Shown: one piece after another, positions 15,026 to 23,609 of the stretch
Layout: each line of letters begins with the position of its first letter
Position numbering within the stretch: position 1 is the first letter of the stretch
Assembly: GCF_009834535.1 (NCBI RefSeq)
Contig: NC_045697.1
Span: 97,652,001 to 97,716,000 of the forward strand
Direction: 5' to 3'
Source: Camelus ferus
Lineage: Eukaryota
Length of the DNA stretch: 64,000 nt
Translations under genes and position numbers: made by a program
Notes under the pieces: generated by a model
Told to the model about the DNA's origin: nothing
The model's input: only the letters and a program-made list of their open reading frames with translations
The model's database searches: none

Positions 15026-15197
15026 TGTGGTATGTTGAGTAACGGTCCCCAAAGAGATCCTGATCCCAATCCTTGGAACTTGTGAATATTACCCTGTATG
15101 GCAAAGGAATTTGCAGTTGTGATTAAGTTAATCTTGTGATGGAGACATTATCCTGGATCAGTCATGTAGGCTCATTAAATATAATCACAAGTGTCCT
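15026..15197 (+). mobile_element. MaLR LTR 5' fragment (MLT1D-like)
   Basis: tgtgaatattaccctgtatggcaaaggaatttgcagttgtgattaagtta...attatcctggat...aatcacaagtgtcct. Confidence 0.7.
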
Positions 15198-16297
15198 CCT
15201 TAGATCTGTATCTATAAGATGGCTTTCGCTATTGTAACCCATTAAAAAAAAAAAAAAGGCTAAAATGTTGGTCTGTTGCATGTAAACATTGGTCTAGAAA
15301 TATTTGCAAAGTATAGAAAATGAAAATTTCCTTCTCTAATTTGGAAATGCAATGAGGATGAGAATAAAGAAAAGCATTACAGTCCAATAGAAACTTATAT
15401 GCTGTTTCTCTAAAATCTTTGATAATTTTTGAGGCCGTAAGAAATCTAGAAAAGAATGAACTAACACTAAATTGACCATTATTATGTGTAGGTTGTGACA
15501 AAAATTCAGACTGGAAAAAAACAATTTTTTTGAGTAACATTGTTTCAGAATGTTTTTTAATAACCAGAAGAGATATAAGTGAAACAGGACTTTTAAAATT
15601 TTTTAAATTAAAACTAATTTACACAGAATGCAAATTAAATTTCACAAGATCAGCTACCTTTATGCTTTAAAATCATTTTCCCTGAAAAAGAAAGATTTAA
15701 CTTTTTGAGTAATATTCAGTGTACTTCAGAGTGTTTACAAATGATGGACATTTCAATTTGGTCTGTATGATGAGTTTATGGGTACAGAGAGCCTGACTGG
15801 CAAATAGTTGGTGATCTACCAAAGTAATCCAATGGATACAGCATGAGCATTTTTGGAGCACTGAACAATAATTTCTTAATCTAAAAATATGCTGTTGCTA
15901 GTAAGTTAAATTTGTAAGTTTTTAATTTTCAAGTATGTTTCTGAGACTGTTTACCTTGACGTTATCACATTAGATTAGTATCAGGACTTGGTGGCATGTG
16001 GTCTTGATAAGATCAGAGCAGCTGCAAGTTAATTAATTTTACATTTGACTATACTCAGTTTACCACTACCATAAGTTTTTTTAAAAAGAAAATTAAAAAC
16101 GAACCTTCCCTGCTAAATATCCTTCACATATATGCACAACAATTTTGACTGTAATTTGCTACCAAAAAGAAAAAAAAAAGAAAGAAAGAAAAAGGAAAAA
16201 AGGATATATTGAAGAATGCAGGCAGTATAGAAAAGTATTATTTAAAGAATAAACTGAGTAAAATTATCTACTGTAGTACAGGACAAAAAGAAACATT

Positions 16298-16405
16298 GTG
16301 ATTGGCAGACTCTAAGATGGCTGCTATGATGCCCACTTCCCACTATTTCCATCCCCACATAATCCCTTCCCTTTGATTGTGGATGGGAGCTGTGGCTTGC
16401 TTTTC
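16298..16405 (+). mobile_element. MaLR LTR 5' fragment (MLT1F/G-like), truncated by L1
   Basis: ggcagactctaagatggc...aatcccttccctttgattgtggatgggagctgtggcttgctt, which resembles the start of the LTR at 28431. Confidence 0.6.
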
Positions 16406-16414
16406 TTTCTTCTT

Positions 16415-19400
16415 ATTAAGACTTTTCTTTTATTAGAGCAGTTAAAGGTTCACAGAAAAATCGAGAGGGAGTACAGAGAGTTCCCCTATATCCCCTGCCC
16501 CTAAACAGGCATAGCCTCCCCTATTATCAACATCCTCCACAGAATGGTACATTTGTTACAATTCATGAACCAACATTGACATATCATAACCACCCAAATT
16601 ATGTAGTTTACATTATGGTTCACTCTTGGTGTTGTGCATTCCATAGGTTTGGACACCTGTGTAATGACGTGTATCCATCATGACATTATACAGAGTATTT
16701 TCATTGACCTTCAGATCCTCTGTTCTCCATCTCTTTACCTGTCCCCTCTACTCCCAGCTGCTAGAGATCAATGATCTCTTTATTGCCTTTATAGTTTTGC
16801 CTTCTCCGTAATGTCAGAATTGTAATCATACAGTATGTAGCTTTTTCAAATTGGCTTCTTTCACTTAATAATATGCATTTAAGTTACCTGTATTTTTTAT
16901 GGCTTAATAGATGGGTTTTTTTTTTAGTGCTGAATAATATTCCATTGTCTGTATGTACTGCAGTTAATTAACCCATCCACCTGCTGAAAGACATCTTGGT
17001 TGCCTCCAAGTTTTGGCAATTATGAATAAAGCTGCTATAAACATCCACGTGCAGACTTTTTGTGGACATAAGTTTTAGACTCTTTGGGTAAATACTGAGG
17101 ATTACAATTGCTGGATCTTGTGGTTAAAGTGTGTTTGGTTTTGTAAGATACTGCCAAACTCTTCCAAAGTGGCTCTACTATTTTCCATTTCTGTCGGCAA
17201 CATATAAGAGTTCCTGTGGCTCCACATCCTCATCAGCACTTAGTATTCTCATTGTGCCAGATTTTGGCCATTCTAATAGATGTAGTGGTATTTCATTATT
17301 GTTTTAATTTGCATTTTCCTAATAAGAGTTGGAGCATCTATCTATATGATTATTTTCCATTGGTATGTCTTTTTGTTGAGGTGTCTTTTAAGGTCTTTGG
17401 CCCATTTTTGATAAGGTTGTATAGTTTCTTATTGTTGAGTTTTGAGATCTTTGTATATTTTCAATGAATGTCCTATATCAGAGATATTTTTCCAAGTATT
17501 TTCTTCCAGTCTGTAAGTCATCTTTCATTTGCCTGGCATTGTCTTTCATAGAGCAGAAGTTCTTAACTTGAATGACGTCCAACTTACCCATTTTTATTTT
17601 GTAGATTGTGCCTTTGGCGTTTTATCTAAAAAGTCATCATCATTCCAAAGATCATTTAGGTTTTCTTCTTTATTACCTTATGGTAGTTTCATAGTTTTGG
17701 ATTTTAGATGTATGCCTGTGATCCATTTTGAGTTAAGTTTTGTGAGGGGTGTAAGGGCTATATCTGGATTTATTTGTGTATGTATTTATTTTTTATTTAA
17801 GTATAGTCAGTTTATAATGTGTCAACTTCTGGCATACAGCATAATGTTTCAGCCATACATACATATACATACATGTATTATTTTTCATATTCTTTTTCAT
17901 TATAGGTTACTACAAGATACTGAATATAGTTCCCTGTCTGTACAGTATAAACTTGTTGTTTATTTTACATATAGTAGTTAGTATATGCAAAGCTCAAACT
18001 CCCAGTTTATCACTTCCCTCTGCCTTCCTGCCTGCCCCCTGGTAACTATAAGTTTGTTTTCTATGTTCATGAGTCTGTTTTAGTTTTATAAATAAGTTTA
18101 TTTGTGTCTTTTTTTAGATTCCACATATTATTGATATCATATGTTATTTGTCTTTCTCTTTCTGGCTTACTTCAGTTAGAATGACAATCTCCAGGTCCAT
18201 CTATGTTGCAGCAAATGATATTATTTTATTTTTTATGGCCGAGTAGTATTCCACTGTATATATGGAATTTTCCAGGTGGAAAATTTCCAATTTTCACAAC
18301 TTCTTTATACAGTCATCTGTCTGTGGACATTTAGATCGTTTCCATGTCTTTGCTATTGTAAATAGTAGTTCTGTGAACACTGGGGTGCATGCATCTTTTT
18401 GAATTAGAGTTCCCTCCAGATATATGCCCAAGAGTGGGATGGCTGGATCATATGGTTAGTCTATTTTTAGTTCTTTTAAGGAATCTCCATACTGTTTTCC
18501 ATAATGGCTTCACAAAACTGCATTCCCACCAACAATGTAGGAGATCTCCCTTTTCTCCTATGTATTTATTTTTGCATGTGGATGTTTAGTTGTTCCAGCA
18601 CTATTTGTTGAAGAAACTGTCTTTGTTCTATTGTGTGGACTGTATTCCTTTGCCAAAGATCAGTTGACCATATTTACATGGGTCAATTTCTGGTCTCTTT
18701 TTTGTTCCATTGATTTGTTTATTCTTTTGCCAATACCACACCAGTCTTGCTTATCATAGACTTAGAGGAAGGCTTGAAGTTGGGAGCATCAGTCCTCCAA
18801 CTCTGTTTTTCTCCTTCAGTATTGCATTGGCTATTGTAGGTCTTTTGCCTTGCCATATAAAGTAACACTAGTTTGCCAATTTTCACAAATAACTAGCTGG
18901 CATTTTGACAGGGATTACGTTGAATCTACAGATAAAATTGGGAAGAACTGATATCTTGACAACATTGAATATTCCTATCCATAAACATGAAATTTGTCTC
19001 TATTCAGTTTTTCTTTAATTTTGTTCAGCAGGGTTTTGTAGTTTTGCTCATATAGATCTTGTACATATGTTGCTTGATTTATACCTGAGCATTCAATTTT
19101 GGGGGGTGCTAATATAAATGGCATTGTGTTTTTTATTTCCAATTCACTTGTTCATTGCTAATGTATAGAGAAGTGATTTCATATATAAATCTTATATCAT
19201 GCAAACTTGCCAGATTTGCTTAATAATTCCAGAAATTTGTCAATTTTTAAAAATTTTATACATAGATGATCACATCATCTGTGATCAAAGACAATTTTTC
19301 TTTCTTTCTTCCCAATTTGTATAACTTTTATTTCCTTTTCTTGATTATTACATTAACACGGACTTCTAGTGTGATGTTTAAAAAGACTGGTGAGGGGGCA

Positions 19401-19742
19401 TCTTGTGTTGTACCTGATTTTAGTAGGTAAGCTTCAGTTTTCTCACCATTAAGTATATATTAGCTGTAGTAATTTTGTGTATATTTTTTATAAAGTTGAG
19501 ATAATTTTCTTCTATTCCTTGTTTACCTTAGAGTTTTTATCATGAATGAGTGTTGGGTTTTGTCAAATGTTTTTTCTACATCTACTAATATGATCATGTG
19601 ATTCAGGGTTTTTTAGCCTGTTTATGTGATAAATTATAATAATTGAGTTTCAAATCTTGGGTCTGCCTTCCATAGTTGGGATAAATATTACTTGATCATG
19701 ATGAATGATTACTTTTATACATTATTGGATTTGATTTGCTAA
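16415..19742 (-). mobile_element. Older 5'-truncated LINE-1 (3'UTR + ORF2), interrupted by a younger L1
   Basis: L1 antisense 3'UTR motifs (ggttcacagaaaaatcgagagggagtacagagagttccc) continuing into ORF2-derived sequence. Ends abruptly at the ERV RT (~19742). Confidence 0.85.
17794..18558 (-). mobile_element. Young 5'-truncated LINE-1 3' end nested in the older L1
   Basis: Perfect 15-bp TSD TATGTATTTATTTTT (17779-17793 / 18559-18573). Sequence is closely similar to the L1 3' end at ~33590-34320. Confidence 0.9.
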
Positions 19743-19744
19743 TT

Positions 19745-20800
19745 GAATATTCCCAAGAATTTTCCCATTTGTGATAAACAGTATACCTTATCCAGAATAA
19801 CCAGCTTCACACTGGAAATTATATGATTAACCAGAATTTATAACTCAATCTGAGCTTGATTTACCAATCGAGAATCAACATATCATCAATATTATACACA
19901 CACACACGTGTGTATTATGTACTTCCAATTTAATATTAATTTCAAGTATAAGTCCTTCTCTCTAGACTCTGGCAATAAGGGAATTTAAATATCCCTATGT
20001 AAGCACAATATTATAGATTCTGAATGTATATTAGAGTTTGTCTCACATGATTGCACATTGGTTCTGGACTTTTTACCCCCAATTTTCTTCTTTAAAAAAA
20101 ATTGAAGTAGTTACTGAAAAGAAAATGTTAGCCAAATTGAACACCGAATCTGCTTTAGTTTCTAGGACAGTTTGAATTAACCGCACATTGGGAAGAACTG
20201 ATGCTGTTGAAGGCAACACTCCACGTAGTCCTCTGTAGTCTAAAGTTAACCTCCTGGACCCATCACCTTTTCTCTAGACCATACTGGACTGCTAAAGAAA
20301 GAACTTGTGGGTACTGAGAGATTTGGATCTAAAATATCCTTAATTAAAGCTGAAATGTGTTGATATTCTCCAAGGTATCTGATACTGCTTTAAATTAACC
20401 ACTGAAGTATGTTTAGGTAATGTAAAGTTTCTTATTAGGCATACAAATTAAAATAGTATGACAGCAGATTTGAATGATATCCCTTTTCCAATGGTTTGGA
20501 AAAGGACATAGTCTCCCATTCAAACATCTGTCCCATTACAGTTATACACACTGATGGGGTGGGACAGTAATCATAGGTAACATTTGTTCTTAAATTCTTC
20601 CTCATACTTTGAAGTCTTTTATAGTGGCATCACTGTATCTTCTTAACATAATTCTATTGCCCTTTAGGCTTTGATTAATGAGTTTAGTTATGACAGTACT
20701 TTGTGCACTAGTGTCAAGAAGTCACAATAAAGTTTATTCACCATATCTAGACCATTTTATTAAGGCAAATGGACTTGGTCCCCTGCTGGGGTTACACTAA
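19745..20800 (-). mobile_element. Ancient ERV-L-like protease + reverse transcriptase remnant
   Basis: Minus-strand translation gives PFALIKW...LLDTSAQSTVI (20721-20689; retroviral aspartic protease LLDTG motif), VVNLKQYQIP, ISALIKD, SSPVW, DGSRRLTLDYRGL, NLANIFFS, GYLNS, YNIDDMLI (19896-19873; YxDD region) and GKFLG (~19766-19750), matching ERV-L RT motif order. Confidence 0.88.
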
Positions 20801-20829
20801 AAGATCCTAGTCATCCTGCCACTCAAAAT

Positions 20830-21288
20830 TATAGCATCTCCTTTACTTCACAACATTTAATTGGCACTATTTAGAAGGAATTTTACATTCCTCCTTTGTG
20901 TTATTTTTTAAAATTCATCAAAGCTATAGCAAACAATAAATTCACTGTGGTCTTTGTGCAGTATTAGGGGTGGAGAGTAGCTAAACCACCTATTTTTTTT
21001 ATAGTAACCCAGTAAATTTTTAATAGCTATTTCATCTATCTCTTCCTTTTTTATGTCTTGTTTTAATTAACTATCTGAACACTTCTACCTGGTTTAATTG
21101 CCCTTCTACTTGGTTTAATTGCTCCATGGGTATTTCATGCATTTAATTTGTATTGTTTACTTCTTAAATTGCAACTATTTTCCCATTACTCCACCCCGTA
21201 CTGGGGAAGCTCAGCAAGGAAGTACTCCACAACACCTGTCACATCACTCTGCCTTATGTGACCCTGTTCTGACAATAGGGAATTGGAG
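20830..21288 (-). mobile_element. ERV-L-like gag remnant, C-terminal part
   Basis: VEVFR*LIK..IKKEEIDEIAIKNLLGYYKK resembles the ERV-L gag C-terminus (VELWHWLINHGVPRSEID...LLNLYKQK) and lies directly upstream of the protease. Confidence 0.65.
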
Positions 21289-22110
21289 ACCCAATGCGGG
21301 AGCGGACGGGGGCTGTGGGGCTCAGCGAGACCATGTCCTGGCTGGCCAGCTACCTGGAGATTGTGGACCATTTCCCCAGCTCAGCCCCTCCCAGCGAACT
21401 GCCCTTAGAGCGGGGTCGCCTGGCTATCCCTCCAGCACCTTCCTGGGCCGAGTTTCTCTCTGCGTCTGCCAGTGGCAAGATGGAGAGTGATTTTGCCCTG
21501 CTGACGCTATCGGATCATGAGCAGCGGGAACTGTATGAGGCAGCCCGGGTCATCCAGACAGCCTTCCGAAAGTACAAGGGCCGGCGGCTGAAGGAGCAGC
21601 AGGAGGTAGCAGCAGCTGTGATCCAGCGCTGTTACCGGAAGTACAAGCAGTTTGCACTCTATAAGAAGATGACCCAGGCAGCCATCCTGATCCAGAGCAA
21701 GTTCCGAAGCTACTACGAACAGAAGCGATTTCAGCAGAGCCGCAGAGCAGCGGTACTCATCCAGCAGCACTACCGCTCCTACCGCCGCCGGCCTGGGCCT
21801 CCCCACCGGCCCACAGGCAGCCTGCCTGCCCGAAACAAAGGCTCCTTTCTCACCAGAAAGCAAGACCAGGCAGCCCGGAAGATAATGAGATTCCTGCGGC
21901 GCTGCCGACACAGGATGAGGGAACTGAAGCAGAACCAGGAGCTGGAAGGGCTTCCCCAACCGGGCCTGGCCACCTGACCTTTCCACCGCCTTTCTCATCG
22001 CCCTGGGGGCCGCTTCTCGCAGTCTTAACAGGAAGAGGGCTCTCTGGGGGAGGGGGAGCCCCCTGTCGGCAGCTTTCCCGTCACTTCTTTTGGAGCCCGT
22101 CCTCGGTCTC
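21285..22110 (+). pseudogene. CAMTA2: CAMTA2 processed insertion (5'- and 3'-truncated cDNA incl. ~130 nt of 3'UTR)
   Basis: Sharp GC/CpG-rich island in AT-rich flanks. CDS is followed by a short GC-rich UTR-like stretch ending at ...cggtctcc, with no poly(A) tail. Confidence 0.88.
21294..21977 (+). CDS. CAMTA2: Intronless CAMTA2 retro-fragment ORF (227 aa; C-terminal IQ calmodulin-binding region to the native stop)
   Basis: Translation is nearly identical to the mammalian CAMTA2 C-terminus (SETMSWLASYL...ESDFALLTLSDHEQRELYEAARVIQTAFRKYKG...IQRCYRKY...IQSKFRSY...IQQHYRSY...ELEGLPQPGLAT*). No introns, stops or frameshifts. Whether it is expressed is unknown. Confidence 0.9.
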   Translation: MRERTGAVGLSETMSWLASYLEIVDHFPSSAPPSELPLERGRLAIPPAPSWAEFLSASASGKMESDFALLTLSDHEQRELYEAARVIQTAFRKYKGRRLKEQQEVAAAVIQRCYRKYKQFALYKKMTQAAILIQSKFRSYYEQKRFQQSRRAAVLIQQHYRSYRRRPGPPHRPTGSLPARNKGSFLTRKQDQAARKIMRFLRRCRHRMRELKQNQELEGLPQPGLAT

Positions 22111-23010
22111 CAAATAAGCAATTGGAAACTCCTTTCTCACAGCATCAAACATCACTTTGGTCAAAGGCATAGAGTTACTGACTACTTCTGTATCATCATT
22201 AAAACGAATCCACGTGTGTTTGCACGTCCCACATTTCAGCAGCCTCAGAAACAGTATTCCATTTAATAGCTTGGGATGGATTTGGACAATTTCTTTCTCA
22301 GGCTGTAAATTACCTATCTCTACTTTATGTCACTCAACAGTTTGGGAGTTTGTCTATCTAGCTATATTTCCTGCAAAGTGGAAGTTAATGAAGATCCTGA
22401 GTTAAGACCAAATGTGCCTTTTCATTTAGTAACATCTAATACAAGGGAATAGCTCCCTGATCACCAATGATCTATTTAAATAATGTCTTAGAATAAATCT
22501 ACTAATAATGTTCCACAAAATGACTTAACCATTTGAATCAATATTCCCATCTTTTAGGTGTATCTTAATTCATATCTACTGTAATCCATATAATCCTTGC
22601 AGTGATTTATTATTGGATGAGAATCACATTTCATTAAAAAAAAAAAAAAAAAGCCTACCTTTCTTTGGTGTCATGTTTGTCCTCTGAACACACAGGTTCA
22701 TGGACTGTAATTTGAGAGCTTGACAGCCTTGAGATTTTTATCAGTTACTTTTTTTTTCTCCAAAGCAATCAAAAGCAACCAAAGTACCATATTAAGGGGC
22801 TAACCTCCCCTTTGTTTGAATTTTTAAGAATCCATTTGGCTACTCCCCGCTGTTGTAGATCTAATGTCTCCAGTTCCCACTGATAAGTGTTTCTTCCTTT
22901 CAGTTGTCACAGTGATTGAGGACCTCAAAGCAGAGGTGGTCAGGAAGCCATCCTGGCTCTGCATATTCTCCATTCTGCCATTCCTCATCTTTCTTTTTCC
23001 TAAACTAAGT
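22108..23010 (-). mobile_element. ERV-L-like gag remnant, N-terminal/central part
   Basis: Minus-strand translation gives FRKKKDEEW...PGWLPDHL, VLWLLLIALEK (cf. ERV-L VGWLLLSSLDK), KWNTVSEAAEM and MPLTKVMFDAVRKEFP, then continues on the other side of the CAMTA2 insert. Confidence 0.6.
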
Positions 23011-23609
23011 CTTAGCAATTATTTATATTATTGAGTCAAGAGTATTACAATTAACTTGCTCACCATGCCAACTGCAGCAATTAATCAGGTAATTGAAAGA
23101 ACATCCACAGGGTAAACTCCTGTAAAGGTGTTCATAAAGATAAGGGATATGGTACAGCAAGAGAAAGGAACTGCAAGAAATCATCTCAGAGATCAGAAAA
23201 TTTTTAAGCACAGCCCCCAGGGATTTTTCTTGGTTACACAGAATATCCTTCATTTTCAAACTATGTGTTTAGTCTTAGTTTCAGGGAAGTCAAAACACAA
23301 TACTCCACAATCCTCTGTACTCCACTGGTAAAGTACCTAAAACCAGGCTATGTAACCAATTAAACTAGATGTAAATCATTGATAATACATTTTCAGTTAA
23401 CAATAGACACAAGAGTATTTTGTCTCCAGGGAAACTGTGAACTTTAACCAGCACATTGAAAGTACTAGGTAGCACAGTTTATTTTCACCGTGGCCAAGAG
23501 TCAGTACCAGATTTCCAAGCATTAACAAACTTAAACATGGAGCTACCCTAGGCCAGCTTGAAGGCAAATGTATTTTCACATACCTTTTCCTAATTTGCAA
23601 AGATGTTTT

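Larger units (their letters stand above)
13104..16290 (+). mobile_element. hAT DNA transposon remnant (Blackjack-like) with decayed transposase
   Basis: Left end agggtgatcaactatcctg resembles the TAGGGTGACCA TIR of Blackjack/MER81/MER94. Plus-strand translation gives BED-finger-like HKAYCMICKKEFDIG (13807-13851), ELAWAYH, SIELILSDL, FYEDFNET, LLRSVSIRWLSLL (15196-15234, hAT TRWLS motif), LYDEF and NMLLLVS, and ends near DILKNAGSIEKYY (~16200-16240). Right TIR not found. Confidence 0.75.

Noticed and set aside
21286..22110. GAGACC / GGTCTC at the insert ends are BsaI (Golden Gate) sites, suggesting a synthetic construct
   Set aside because: The insert has native-looking codons, a partial natural 3'UTR and an internal GAGACC (~21327), and the end motifs are explicable from CAMTA2/flank sequence. 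Not formally excluded without raw reads.
21507..22121. 204-aa minus-strand ORF and other ORFs overlapping the CAMTA2 insert (21119-21490, 21779-21973)
   Set aside because: Shadow ORFs of a GC-rich coding sequence with no recognisable motifs.
20830..23010. Retroviral transduction of CAMTA2 by the ERV (oncogene-style capture)
   Set aside because: The ERV is extremely decayed while the CAMTA2 piece is nearly pristine and antisense to it, so the insertion happened long after the provirus died.
23023..23259. LIFMNTFTGVYPV on the minus strand looked like an integrase motif
   Set aside because: It lies upstream of gag, and the real integrase motifs are at ~11250-12200. Treated as chance similarity in the leader region.
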